64,000 nt of DNA, taken from NCBI GenBank assembly GCA_035943235.1, contig DASZCH010000129.1, forward strand, positions 13,229 through 77,228, read 5' to 3'. The translations under genes and the position numbers were made by a program. Shown in pieces: positions 1 to 10,007 of this stretch (positions are counted from its first letter, which is position 1; each line of letters starts with the position of its first letter). The stretch is from Candidatus Acidiferrales bacterium. Its GTDB lineage: Bacteria; Acidobacteriota; Terriglobia; Acidiferrales; UBA7541. The notes under the pieces are model-generated. The model ran no database searches. It had not been told where the DNA came from and saw only the letters and a list, made by a program, of their open reading frames with translations.

Positions 1-65
1 GTTCTGGATGCATCAGTTACAGGGCGTGAATTCCAAGTTGTTGTTGTGCGCCGACCCGACTCGGC

Positions 66-257
66 TCAGCGCGGAGGTCGGCAAGCTGCTTGGGGATTCC
101 GAGGATGTTCCACATGGAAACTAAAGACGAGAATTCCTGCGTGCCAATCGCATCTTCTCATGCAAGCGACTTGATATGCAGCGGCAAAGCCGTGTTCATT
201 TGGTGCTTGCCAATCGCCGCTCTGCCAAGGCTCCGGGACAGAATCAGGATGGGGCAT
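66..257 (-). pseudogene. Probable decayed remnant of the small nucleotidyltransferase partner gene (paralog of 25827..26378)
   Basis: It starts 14 nt inside the 3' end of the XRE gene 244..939, the same overlap geometry as 25827 vs 25837. Its N-terminus MPHPDSVPEPW resembles MPDETPRAKLPSPW of the intact paralog. Later similarity (LG..I.K...PL.I, GIP....D) appears only in another frame, which is interrupted by a stop. Confidence 0.3.
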
Positions 258-939
258 GAGTCAAGTGTTCGGCGCTGAGGTCCGAAAGCAGATTCCACTG
301 ACGCGCCTCTGGTGTCGGATGCTCTCGCAGCCAATCACGCTCCACTTTGGTCATAGAATCGTGACAATAGGTGTCTTCCTTTACCAAGAGAGATTGCTGG
401 AGCAAGCTCTCTTTCGGTGAAAGATTGTCCGCTCGGCCTTGATCGCTGACTTTCTGTGCCAATTGTCTCGCGAGCGTGACAGTAAACCCGAGGCGATTCT
501 GGCGGTCATGCAACTTGGCGTTTCTCACCAACCAGTTCCAATCGAGGTCGGTGAAGGTGAAGGCCAGCCATGGGAGGCCCTCGACAACGCGCATGTCCAA
601 ATCCGGTTCGTTGAGTGCGGTAAACAGAACTTGCGCCGGGTTGTGCTGCATCCGTCGCACACGATGGAGGTAGGCGAAGCCAGGATAGCCGAGGGCGGCG
701 AGCTCGTCACGCAGCAAGTCATTAGGCGAGGCGGACAGATTCAGCCTATTAGGTAAAGGAAGGGCTGTCGGTGGGACGCTCAGCTTGGTAAGGACGCGCC
801 TCGTCGCCGACCGCGAGAGCCTACGGCGACCGCTCTCAAGCATGGAGAGGTAAGCCTGAGTGATGCCCAGCTTCTTCGCGACCTGCTCCTGAGTCCACCC
901 CTTTTTCCTGCGCGCGTTTCTAAGGTCCTCGCCGGTCAT
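244..939 (-). CDS. XRE-family HTH protein with a ~150-aa uncharacterised C-terminal domain
   Basis: N-terminal HTH: LRNARRKKGWTQEQVAKKLGITQAYLSMLESGRRRLS. Paralog of 25151..25837, sharing motifs GYPGFAY, LPW.A, QN.LGF.V and WNLL.D. Start placed at the internal ATG (937-939), not ORF-track position 999. Confidence 0.85.
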   Translation of the reverse strand: MTGEDLRNARRKKGWTQEQVAKKLGITQAYLSMLESGRRRLSRSATRRVLTKLSVPPTALPLPNRLNLSASPNDLLRDELAALGYPGFAYLHRVRRMQHNPAQVLFTALNEPDLDMRVVEGLPWLAFTFTDLDWNWLVRNAKLHDRQNRLGFTVTLARQLAQKVSDQGRADNLSPKESLLQQSLLVKEDTYCHDSMTKVERDWLREHPTPEARQWNLLSDLSAEHLTHAPS

Positions 940-1121
940 GTTCTTGTGGACGCGTTCCGTCCGACTATGGATTATAACAAAACATGTTATGAAGTTCAAA
1001 GAGTGGTTTAAAACACTATATTTGAAGGCATGGGCTAAGCGAGAATCGCCCTTACTTTCGTCTGGACAAAATATACATTTACTTGTATACTTCCAGACAG
1101 CTTACCGCTATAGTTGCTCAT

Positions 1122-1504
1122 GTGAGCGACGAAACCGAAAAGATCAAGCTCGCGACCGTTGTTTGGGAGGGTGACTCAAGGGAAGTTCTCAAAGCCTTCC
1201 CGGAAGAGGTTACGCAAAACCTGGGGTTTGAGTTATGGCAGCTTCAACAAGGCGAGAGACCCAGAGATTATAGGCCGTTGCCTTCGGTTGGTCCGGGCGT
1301 CTTTGAACTGCGGGATCAAGATGAAAGAGCGCGTGGTATCGGGTCATTTATCTGTCGAGGATCGAAGACGTGATCTATGTTCTCCATTGCTTCGAGAAGA
1401 AAAGTCGCGAGATGCCGAGAAGGGATTTTGAGAAAGCAAAGCAGCGGATCCAAGCCGTGAAGGCGCGATTGGCAGAGGAGAAGAAACGTGAAAAACGCAG
1501 CTAA
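1122..1504 (+). pseudogene. Gp49/DUF891-type HigB-like toxin, frameshifted
   Basis: Frame 0 gives ...VVWEGDSREVLKAFPEEV...GVFELRDQDERA and then runs into junk. The family-typical C-terminus WYRVIYLSRIEDVIYVLHCFEKKSREMPRRDFEKAKQRIQAVKARL continues in the next frame from 1334 to the TAA at 1502-1504. The frame switch lies at about 1329-1336. The GTG start at 1122 is inferred. Confidence 0.75.
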
Positions 1505-1829
1505 CAAACCTACGCATGTAACGCGGGGGAACGTACTCGATGACCTCGGCTTCTCGCCGGAGCATGCGACAGCGCTGAAGTTCAAGGCAGAGCTATACCA
1601 GGCGATTCTGAAGTACTCGGAGAAGTATTCGCAGAGGGAACTGCAAGTGATCCTCGGAGAACCACAGCCGCGTATCAGCGAACTGCTCAACGGGAAGATC
1701 GCGAACAAGAGCGTTGACAAACTGCTTTACTACGCAGGACGCCTGGGCATCGAGGCAAAAGCGAAATTTTCCCAGACGCACAAAGAGGTTGTTGAAAAAG
1801 AGCTTGCGATGGCCGATCTGACGGCCTAG
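1488..1829 (+). CDS. XRE-family HTH antitoxin (HigA-like)
   Basis: Sequence NVLDDLGFSPEHATALKFKAELYQAILKY...SQRELQVILGEPQPRISELLNGK. Its GTG start overlaps the end of the upstream toxin reading frame. Confidence 0.8.
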   Translation: MKNAANKPTHVTRGNVLDDLGFSPEHATALKFKAELYQAILKYSEKYSQRELQVILGEPQPRISELLNGKIANKSVDKLLYYAGRLGIEAKAKFSQTHKEVVEKELAMADLTA

Positions 1830-2037
1830 CTTCCGCTCCGGGAGGCGATGAACTGGCTGCAACCTAACATCGGGTGGATCATGGGGTCAGGACGAAGTTT
1901 GACGTAATCCGCACACCGAGATTTAGACGTGCCAGGGTCGTCGGCTGACGCTACGCCGTGTCTTACGGATGGGGACAACCTCGATCTTTCATCTTCCTCA
2001 GTAGCGGAAGGTTCATTACTTCGGAACGAGAATAGAA

Positions 2038-2370
2038 TCACGCGGTAGCGACAACGCGAAGGTGTCCCTGGCGGCGCGATCGCGGCGCGCGCTTTACGGT
2101 GATTTCAATGTCGCGACCAAGTAGAGTCAGAAAGTGCATGAGCCGTTCAGTCGAGAAGCCCGAAAGCTGACCACGTAAAAGCCGGGAGATTTTTGGTTGA
2201 TCGATCCTCAGTATGTGGGCGGCCCGAGTTTGCGTGAGTCGCCGCATCCGAATGGCCTCGGAAATGCGGATCGCAAGATCGGCTTTTGCGAGACGCTGTT
2301 CGGGGTTGGGCAGGCCGATGTCGGCGAAAACGTTGCCGCTGCCTTCCTCGACCACAATTATCTTCCTCAT
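2038..2370 (-). CDS. XRE-family HTH antitoxin (HigA-like)
   Basis: Sequence NVFADIGLPNPEQRLAKADLAIRISEAI..RRLTQTRAAHILRIDQPKISRLLRGQ. It lies 6 nt downstream of the toxin gene 2377..2763. Confidence 0.8.
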   Translation of the reverse strand: MRKIIVVEEGSGNVFADIGLPNPEQRLAKADLAIRISEAIRMRRLTQTRAAHILRIDQPKISRLLRGQLSGFSTERLMHFLTLLGRDIEITVKRAPRSRRQGHLRVVATA

Positions 2371-2376
2371 TGTCTG

Positions 2377-2763
2377 TTATCCCTTCGGAGCCCCTAGCCA
2401 TCTGGCGTGCTCTTCTTCGGCTCGCTTGAGACGTGACCTGATTAGCTCAATCTCGGGCTTGGGCGTCTTGATTCCAGCCTTTGACTTCTTTTGGAACACG
2501 TGCAAGACATATATGCGACCTGCCAAGCGTACCGTATACACGGCGCGATAAGTATCCCCGGCGTGGTCTCCTATAATCTCCAAAATGCCTGCGCTGCCGA
2601 AGCCCCGCATAGGCTTGGCATCGGCGTGCTTTCCGCCGCGTTGCGCTATGTAGATTGCGTAGCCAATCGCGTCCTTCACGTCTTCTGGAAAGGAAGCGAG
2701 GTCCGCTCTAGTGCTCCCGATCCACACGACCGCCTTGACTCTGGACAATGCCGTCATTTCCAT
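2377..2763 (-). CDS. Gp49/DUF891-type HigB-like toxin (intact)
   Basis: Sequence VVWIGSTRADLASFPEDVKDAIGYAIYIAQRGGKH...YRAVYTVRLAGRIYVLHVFQKKSKAGIKTPK. Same family as the frameshifted gene at 1122..1504. Confidence 0.8.
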   Translation of the reverse strand: MEMTALSRVKAVVWIGSTRADLASFPEDVKDAIGYAIYIAQRGGKHADAKPMRGFGSAGILEIIGDHAGDTYRAVYTVRLAGRIYVLHVFQKKSKAGIKTPKPEIELIRSRLKRAEEEHARWLGAPKG

Positions 2764-3083
2764 ATTATGCCTAAACGAGCATAGGATGCAAGAACTGCTT
2801 CCTGACCGGGCGAATTTAGAGTAACCAGGGTCCTGAATTCACGTATGGAAGGTGTCGGAGCGGAGTTGTTCGGGCAGAGCACCGGAAGCCGATGCGACGC
2901 GCTCTATGGTCAGGGCCCCATAACCTTCAGCCTCTGGCCAGCAGTCGAAAGAGCCCGTTCTCTGCCCTGGCTCAATCTTTGGAGCTGGTAGGCCATTTCG
3001 TTGTTACGCCGTACTTTTGGGTACCGCATTTCAATTGGGCGTTTTGGGCAGGAAATGATGGTTGAACGTCTGCCCTCATTTGG

Positions 3084-3098
3084 GGTAGACTGTCTACC
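3084..3098. promoter_or_regulatory. Perfect 7-1-7 palindrome GGTAGACTGTCTACC abutting the padR-family start codon; candidate autoregulatory operator
   Basis: Read directly from the sequence. The right arm ends 1 nt before the ATG at 3099. Confidence 0.35.
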
Positions 3099-3458
3099 AT
3101 GCCGAGCAACGAAGAAGCAGCCACCAGGCTTGAGCTCATCCAGGGAACACTAGACATGCTGATCCTGCGGACGCTGGTGCTGGGTCCCGCCCACGGACAC
3201 GAGATAGCCAAGCACATTCAGCGGACCACGGACGACGTTTTGCAGGTGGAGCACGGCTCGCTTTACCCGGCGCTCCACCGCCTCAAACGCAGAGGCTGGG
3301 TCAGCGCCAAGTGGGAGACACCCAGGGGCGGTAAGCGCGAATTCAAGTATTACCGGCTCACTTCGGCCGGCAAGAAGCAGCTCCTCGCCGAACACTCCAA
3401 ATGGCGGCAGCTGGTTGCTTCGATTGGTCAGGTGATGGAGCCAGCAAAGGAAGGATGA
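3099..3458 (+). CDS. PadR-family transcriptional regulator
   Basis: Sequence LELIQGTLDMLILRTLVLGPAHGHEIAKHIQ...GSLYPALHRLKRRGWV...EFKYYRLTSAGKK. Confidence 0.9.
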   Translation: MPSNEEAATRLELIQGTLDMLILRTLVLGPAHGHEIAKHIQRTTDDVLQVEHGSLYPALHRLKRRGWVSAKWETPRGGKREFKYYRLTSAGKKQLLAEHSKWRQLVASIGQVMEPAKEG

Positions 3459-3459
3459 A

Positions 3460-6156
3460 ATGGCGATCTGGCGCAGAGTCGAATGGTTGTCCTGGTTTCC
3501 TTGGTATCGTCGCCGGACACGCCATGCTGAACTGGAACGCGAAATGCGCGATCACCTTGAATTGGAAGCTGAAGAACAGCAAGCCGCCGGTCTGTCGGCG
3601 CAAGAGGCGTCTTACGCTGCGCACCGAGCCTTGGGCAACACGCTGAAGATCCAAGAAGATGTGCGTGCGGCATGGGGCTTCCTGTGGCTCGAAACACTCG
3701 CTCAGGACGTCCGCTACGCACTGCGCATGCTGCGCAAGTCTCCGGGATTCACGGTGGTTGCCGTCCTCACTCTCGCCCTCGGCATCGGCGCAAGCACTGC
3801 CGTTTTCAGCTTAGTGGATGCTGTCCTGCTAAAGCCCTTGCCTTTTCCGCATGCCGAAAAAATCGTCTTTCCATGGCGTTTGCCGAAGCGTGGCGTGAAT
3901 CTTGGATTTGCCGTCTATCCCTGGGGCCGGCTCGATTTCTTGTTCTTCTCGCAGCAATCCAGAACCTTTGAAGCTCTGGGCGCTTTCCTGAGTGATTCGT
4001 TCAATCTGACGGACTCAGGCGAGCCGGAGCGGCTGGATGGCCTTCGCGTTTCAGCGGGGTTCTTTCCTTCTCTCGGCGTTTCGCCCGCTTTGGGACGCAC
4101 CTTCACCGATCAGGAAGATCGCCTCGGCAACGAACACGAAGTGATTCTTGGCAGTGCATTGTGGCGGCAAAGATTCGCTTCCAATCCCGAGATTTTGGGT
4201 CACGCCATTGATCTAAACGGCGTTCCCTATATCGTAATCGGCGTGATGCCACCAGGATTTGTTTTTCCCAATTCCCATGAGATGCCCAATGTCTTTACAT
4301 TCGCGCCTCAGACTCAACTGTGGGTTCCTCTCGCCCTCGACCGCCGAAGCACGGCCATTCCGTATGAGTCCGACGAGCTTGCCATCGTCGGCCGCATCAA
4401 ACCTGGCGTCACGATTGCTCAGGCGCAAGCGGACATGGACATAATGGGGAAGCGCCTGGAGAGCGGGAGACGCAATGGAGAAGGATGGTTTAACTCCGCG
4501 GTCACACCGCTCACGCGCCAAGTTGCAGGAAACACTCGCCAACCTCTTTTGCTAATTCTCGCGGCCGTGGGAGTCGTTCTGCTGATTGCGTGTTCCAACG
4601 TTGCGAGCCTTCTTCTCACTCGTTCGCTCAATCGTCAACGCGAATTCACCGTGCGCTCGGCTCTCGGTGCCGGCGCTGCACGTTTGATGCGGCAATTGAT
4701 GACCGAAAGCATCGTCTTGGCGAGCCTGGGCGGAGTAGTTGGAATTTGTTTGGCTGAAGTCATAGTCTACTTCGTGAAGGTTTTCGGTCCTTCTCGTATT
4801 CCGCGTCTTAGCGAAGCCAGTCTCGACATTCGCGTTTTGCTCTTCGCCTTTAGCGTCACTCTCTTCACCGGAGTTCTTTTCGGTTTGGCGCCGGCGCTCA
4901 GTACCACGCGTGAAAATCTTGTGGAATCGCTCAAGGAGGGTGGCCAGCGCGCCGGGTCCAATCTTTCAACTCAGAAAACTCGCAACTCATTTCTTGTTTC
5001 GCAGATTGCTCTCGCGCTCGTTTTGGTTGTCGCCGCCGGGCTTCTAACGCGCACGCTTTATCATCTGCTCGCCGTGAATCCCGGCTTTCGTGGGGAGCAC
5101 TCTCTTACGTTTGAACTTTCCTTGCCGGCCGCAAAGTATTCCGGCCAATCCCACATCGTATCTGTTTATCAAGAGACCCTCCGCAAATTGCGTGCCATTC
5201 CGGGCGTACAGGCGGCCGGAGTTACAGAATTGATTCCGCTCGATGGCGCAACCGAATCCACAGCAATTCGTTTCTCCAACGCCAGACAAGTTACTCCCTC
5301 GAGCCCAGCCTTCGCGAATTACACGATGGTTTCGCCGGGCTACTTTGCCGCTGTGGGAACGCGGATTCTGCACGGCCGCTCATTTCTCGAATCGGATTCA
5401 GCGGATTCTCTTCCTGTCGCAATCATCAGCAGCGCAATGGCTGAAAAGTATTGGCCCGGTCAAGATCCGGTGGGGAAACAAGTCGCGCCCGCGGGTGCGG
5501 CATTTCCGCTTGCCACCATTGTGGGTGTCGTCGCCGACGTCAAGCGTCTTTCGATCCGCGAGTCTCCGCCGCCGGAAATGTATGTGCCGTACACACAAAA
5601 AGTGTGGCCGTCGCTGCTCACGATGGACGTCGTGTTGCGCACGGCACAGGATCCCGGGTCCATCACCGCCAGCGCGCGCAAAGCGATTCACTCGATCGAT
5701 CCGGATTTGCCGCTTTCGAACGTGAGGACGCTTGCGGCCATCGTCTCGAACTCGATGAGTGAGCCGCTGTTCGCGGCGCTGCTCCTCGGAGCATTCGGAG
5801 TGGTAGCGCTGCTGCTCGCCACCATTGGAATGTACGGCGTTATCTCCTACAGTGTGACGCAACGTACGCAAGAAATTGGCCTGCGGATGGCGCTTGGCGC
5901 GCAGCCGCGCAACGTGCTGGAACTCGTCCTTGGCCAGGGTACTCGCCTCGCTATCGTCGGAATTACCGTCGGTCTTGCCGCCGCCTTCGCGACAACGCGT
6001 TTCATGAACGGGTTCCTGTACGGTGTCGGAGCGCTCGACCCGCTCACCTTCCTTGTCGTTTCATTGCTGCTCATGGGCACCGTCCTCCTGGCCTGCTACA
6101 TTCCCGCGCGCCGCGCGATGCGCGTGGATCCAATGGTAGCCCTCCGGTATGAATAA
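3460..6156 (+). CDS. ADOP-family duplicated FtsX/MacB-like ABC transporter permease
   Basis: 898 aa. N-terminus ELEREMRDHLELEAEE...DVRYALRMLRKSPGFTVVAVLTLALGIGA. Two FtsX-type membrane modules. C-terminus YIPARRAMRVDPMVALRYE. Starts 2 nt after the PadR gene. Confidence 0.9.
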   Translation: MAIWRRVEWLSWFPWYRRRTRHAELEREMRDHLELEAEEQQAAGLSAQEASYAAHRALGNTLKIQEDVRAAWGFLWLETLAQDVRYALRMLRKSPGFTVVAVLTLALGIGASTAVFSLVDAVLLKPLPFPHAEKIVFPWRLPKRGVNLGFAVYPWGRLDFLFFSQQSRTFEALGAFLSDSFNLTDSGEPERLDGLRVSAGFFPSLGVSPALGRTFTDQEDRLGNEHEVILGSALWRQRFASNPEILGHAIDLNGVPYIVIGVMPPGFVFPNSHEMPNVFTFAPQTQLWVPLALDRRSTAIPYESDELAIVGRIKPGVTIAQAQADMDIMGKRLESGRRNGEGWFNSAVTPLTRQVAGNTRQPLLLILAAVGVVLLIACSNVASLLLTRSLNRQREFTVRSALGAGAARLMRQLMTESIVLASLGGVVGICLAEVIVYFVKVFGPSRIPRLSEASLDIRVLLFAFSVTLFTGVLFGLAPALSTTRENLVESLKEGGQRAGSNLSTQKTRNSFLVSQIALALVLVVAAGLLTRTLYHLLAVNPGFRGEHSLTFELSLPAAKYSGQSHIVSVYQETLRKLRAIPGVQAAGVTELIPLDGATESTAIRFSNARQVTPSSPAFANYTMVSPGYFAAVGTRILHGRSFLESDSADSLPVAIISSAMAEKYWPGQDPVGKQVAPAGAAFPLATIVGVVADVKRLSIRESPPPEMYVPYTQKVWPSLLTMDVVLRTAQDPGSITASARKAIHSIDPDLPLSNVRTLAAIVSNSMSEPLFAALLLGAFGVVALLLATIGMYGVISYSVTQRTQEIGLRMALGAQPRNVLELVLGQGTRLAIVGITVGLAAAFATTRFMNGFLYGVGALDPLTFLVVSLLLMGTVLLACYIPARRAMRVDPMVALRYE

Positions 6157-6440
6157 ACGCAGAGTACTAAATTCCAACTTAAATACTTTCAAGGAGGAAT
6201 CATCATGAAGGGTTGGCATGTCTTGTGGAGGGCCATCGAGGCAAATTTCAATGCATCGCGTGGTTCGCGAGTGTTTTTGTGGCGTGGCGGAGAATCGATT
6301 GCTCCATTTGCGTAACCGCTACTCCTGCCGTTTTTCGCCTTTTGTTTCGTGCCAGCAATATTGGCAGGCACGACAAACGGATCGTCCCCTTTCCAAAACC
6401 AGTCTCGCATGGAGGCATCATCCATCAGTACGGGCATGGA

Positions 6441-7973
6441 TCAATTTGTGAAACTCAGATGAAATTGTTTAGCGAACGTTCTGAGTTTGCTGGCGCTTTG
6501 TTCGAATGAAGCTAGCGCGACATAGCCATCGGGCCGCACAACATACAGAGCACCGCACTTCAGTCCAGCATCTTTTGTATTATCGCCGAAGGCAAAGGCA
6601 TGGAGAGGCAGGTGAAGTTCGCGACAGGCCGTTTCCAGATCTTTGTCCACCTCGCCGTACACATGTGCTTGCCAATCGAGCGAACGCAAAGGCTCGAAAT
6701 TATCTTCTGCGTGAGATCCCGTCCAGGGAAGACGGTCTCCGCCGTGGACATGGCCGGCAGCTCCCTGGCTAAGCGGACTGTCTGGATAGTGAATGCGCAT
6801 TTGCGAAATCGTGCGAAAGATGGCGTGGCGGCCTAAACTGAAGCGCGTGACGACGCCGAACACCAGAGGCGCGACAATCTTTCTCGTGAATTCGCCTATC
6901 ACTCCTTCGCCAACCAAGCCCGTAAATGCGCGATCGGTCGTGGATACAAGGGACCGTGCAAAGGCGATGCGCTCGGGCTCGTAAGTATTCAGAAGGGACG
7001 GGTCGGCGCGGTTCTGCAGGACGTGCGCTATTTTCCAACCGAGATTGACGGCGTCTCCGATTCCGGTGTTCATGCCCTGACCGCCCGCGGGGCTGTGGAT
7101 GTGGCCTGCATCGCCAACCAGGAACGCACGCCCCACGCGGAATTTGTCGGCGACGCGATGATGGACGCGATAGGTCGAGAACCAATTTACCTGCGCCACC
7201 TTGATATCGAGTAGCGGCTCGACATGGGCGCGCAGGTCCTCAAAGCCAAGGTCCTCGCGGTGCGACAGTTCGGATGGGACGAGGCCGATCAAGCGCTGCA
7301 TTCCACTCGATCGCACCGGAAACATCAACGTGAGAATGTGTTCGCCGAGATTGATATAAAGATCCCGGGAGAACTCGCCCTCGATCTTCACGTCCGCGAC
7401 GTAAAACAGTTGCTCGTAGGTTCCACCGGGAAAACCGACCCGGAGAGTTTCCCGCACACAGCTTCGCGCGCCATCGCAGCCGCAGATATACGCGCTTTCC
7501 GCGTGCTCAACCCGATCTGTATTGTGCTCGATGGTAGCGCGAACACCGTTTTCGCTTTCGGCAAAGCTGGTTAGCTTCGCGCCCCATTCGATTTCACAAC
7601 CAGCATCCTTAAGCTTCCCGATCAAGTACCGTTCATGATCGTCCTGCGGATAAGCGAGGGCGAAGGGATAGGGACTAAGGCCAGCGCCCATGTCCTTGAA
7701 ACTGATGGAGAGAACTTCTCGACTACCACCGGAACTACCCTCCCGTATGTGGGCCGTTTCGGCGATGACGCCTTGGTCGACGACTTCCGCGGCAAGGCCG
7801 TATTGGCCGTAGAATTCGAGTGTGCGCGCCTGAACGACCATTGCACGCGATTGCTCTCCCGGGCCGCTGGCATCAGAAATGAGACGACATGGCACGTTGC
7901 GCCGGATCAGAGCCAGCGCCAAATTTAGTCCGCTCGGGCCAGCGCCAACGATGAGAACGGGAGCCTGTGGCAT
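6441..7973 (-). CDS. FAD-dependent aromatic-ring monooxygenase (PheA/TfdB-like)
   Basis: Motifs VLIVGAGPSGLNLA, CDGARSCVR and GDAGHIHSPAGGQGMNTGIGDAVNLGWK. Start placed at MPQAPV (7973); the ORF-track N-terminal extension looks spurious. Confidence 0.85.
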   Translation of the reverse strand: MPQAPVLIVGAGPSGLNLALALIRRNVPCRLISDASGPGEQSRAMVVQARTLEFYGQYGLAAEVVDQGVIAETAHIREGSSGGSREVLSISFKDMGAGLSPYPFALAYPQDDHERYLIGKLKDAGCEIEWGAKLTSFAESENGVRATIEHNTDRVEHAESAYICGCDGARSCVRETLRVGFPGGTYEQLFYVADVKIEGEFSRDLYINLGEHILTLMFPVRSSGMQRLIGLVPSELSHREDLGFEDLRAHVEPLLDIKVAQVNWFSTYRVHHRVADKFRVGRAFLVGDAGHIHSPAGGQGMNTGIGDAVNLGWKIAHVLQNRADPSLLNTYEPERIAFARSLVSTTDRAFTGLVGEGVIGEFTRKIVAPLVFGVVTRFSLGRHAIFRTISQMRIHYPDSPLSQGAAGHVHGGDRLPWTGSHAEDNFEPLRSLDWQAHVYGEVDKDLETACRELHLPLHAFAFGDNTKDAGLKCGALYVVRPDGYVALASFEQSASKLRTFAKQFHLSFTN

Positions 7974-8492
7974 GGTCTCAACCAACATACGGCAGAGACA
8001 AACAACCTGTCCATAAATTAGGATCTCGGGCACTCGCTCGCCAGATCGCCTACCTTGGGCGCACCGAACCCGACTCCAACAGCTCCTTCTCTTAGTTCTA
8101 ACTGCTAAGGGTTCCAATAAATCGGGGAATCTGGGTTTCGCTCAAAGCCATGATAACTTCGGGGCAGCACAACATGGGAAGCTCCAGTTGCCACAGTGGC
8201 ACTGACTCCGTGTTACCGGAACGAACCGAACCGTCTACCGAACGATGGAAAGGACACAAGAATCGGCGAAACCGCAAATAGAACCCCAGCGCTTATGACT
8301 TCCTTTGAAATGCGGTTTCGTCGTTACGAGCGCGCAAAGTCGAGAAGGGGCTTTCGACGTGTCGCGCACTTCCTTCATCAGGTCACCTTCAATCAACACC
8401 TCACGTCCCTTAACTAGACGCCTGCTGCCGTGTCCCCCACTTGGCCTTCACGGAAAATAATCCTCGGCATCGTTTGTACTTCTCTGTCCGCA

Positions 8493-9962
8493 CTACGGAG
8501 CTCTGTTGTCGTAAGTGGCGGGCAGATTCTTCGGGGCGAAAAAAATTCGCAACGAGTGCTCCGATGCCGGTTCGGTTACCAAGCTGACCATGATCAGGAG
8601 CAAAATACTAACGATTAATCCCGCTTCTACCGGATCAAGTCCCCAGAAATAAGGATGTGCCAGCCGATTCCACGTCAAACATGCGGTGGCTCCGCCAAAC
8701 ATCGAAGCTAGAGCCCCCTCGCGCGTGGCTCGCCTCCAGTTCAGGCCAATGACCACGGGGGCAAAGAAAAAGCTAACTAAAAGCTGCGATGCGAAGATCA
8801 CCACAAAGTTGACAAGGTCCATGCGTCGTAATGCGATGATGACTGGAATAATTCCAAAACACAGGACTGAGAGTCGACCCGCGAGAACTTTCTCTTTTTC
8901 AGTAGCCTGCGGACGGAAAAACTTCACGTAAATATCGTGCGACAGCGCTGAAGCGATTGTAAGCAAAATCGCTCCGCCGGTTCGAGTGAATGTCACCACG
9001 ACAGTAAGTAGTGCCAACATTCCGATCCAGACAGGCAAAATGCTCATCCCCAGCACAGGTGTAGCCAAGTCAGGATCGGGCAGAAAAGGAACGAGCTTCC
9101 GCATCGAAAGCCCAAAGATTAGGACTCCCACAGCAATGATGGCTTGAAATACAAACGAATAGCCAATGGCCAGCCGCGTTACGCGCTTGCTGGAAAGAGA
9201 GTAAATCGCCGAAATCTCGTACGGGGCGCACGCCAGCCCAAGACCGACGGCCAGCGATATGGCGAACAAGTGGCGCGCCGTGAACCAGGATCCTGTTAGG
9301 CGAGAGTCGATTGAATGCAGCGCATATCCCAAAGCATGGAGACCCCCGACCGAGCGCAGTAGAAATGGGACTGCCGTAACGTAAGCACCTATCAGCAAAA
9401 CTGCTTTCAGCATGCCGACATATGCATTGCTGTACATCCCCCCGAGGGTCGTGTAAACGGCGACTGTGGCCGCGACGAGAATGACCGCTTGTGAATATGA
9501 CATACGTGTTATCATACTTATCAGTAGACCGCCTGCTTGATATTGCGCAGAAAGCATAACTGCATAAGCCACCATGATAAGAATCGCGGACACGCCTCGG
9601 AGCGCGAGGCTCTCGAAACGCGCCGCGAAGTAATCTGGCAAAGTGATACCGGCCATCTCACGCATCTTGGGCGCCACGAGAATTGCGGCGATTAACCAGC
9701 CGAACCAAACACTGGTCCACGTCCAAAGAAAACTGATGCCGGAAAAATAATGGAAGCCTACGACTCCGATCGTGGTGCCGGCGCTGATTTGATTGGCCAT
9801 TAAAGTAGCCCCACCGACAATGGGCCCCAAACTCCTTCCGGCAACAAGAAAGCCCGCTTCATCCTTAGTCTTCCGGTAGGTCCACAATCCAATGGCGCAG
9901 ACAACCACCACATATAACCCCGTGATTGCCAGGAACACACGGAGGTGCCAGGAAGGGGTCAC
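8493..9962 (-). CDS. Sodium:solute symporter (SSS family)
   Basis: 489 aa, multi-pass membrane protein. Sequence FLVAGRSLGPIVGGATLMANQISAGTTIGVVG. Confidence 0.85.
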   Translation of the reverse strand: MTPSWHLRVFLAITGLYVVVVCAIGLWTYRKTKDEAGFLVAGRSLGPIVGGATLMANQISAGTTIGVVGFHYFSGISFLWTWTSVWFGWLIAAILVAPKMREMAGITLPDYFAARFESLALRGVSAILIMVAYAVMLSAQYQAGGLLISMITRMSYSQAVILVAATVAVYTTLGGMYSNAYVGMLKAVLLIGAYVTAVPFLLRSVGGLHALGYALHSIDSRLTGSWFTARHLFAISLAVGLGLACAPYEISAIYSLSSKRVTRLAIGYSFVFQAIIAVGVLIFGLSMRKLVPFLPDPDLATPVLGMSILPVWIGMLALLTVVVTFTRTGGAILLTIASALSHDIYVKFFRPQATEKEKVLAGRLSVLCFGIIPVIIALRRMDLVNFVVIFASQLLVSFFFAPVVIGLNWRRATREGALASMFGGATACLTWNRLAHPYFWGLDPVEAGLIVSILLLIMVSLVTEPASEHSLRIFFAPKNLPATYDNRAP

Positions 9963-10007
9963 TTGCGGCGTTCCTCCGAGTTTTCCGCAAATGATCGAGA
10001 GACCATA

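Noticed and set aside
6189-6437. Two competing small ORFs downstream of the ADOP permease and the monooxygenase: an 82-aa minus-strand ORF starting 3 nt after the monooxygenase stop, and a 36-aa plus-strand ORF (6205..6315) with a strong AAGGAGG RBS.
   Set aside because: Neither has recognisable motifs. They overlap on opposite strands, so at most one is real. Sequence alone cannot decide.
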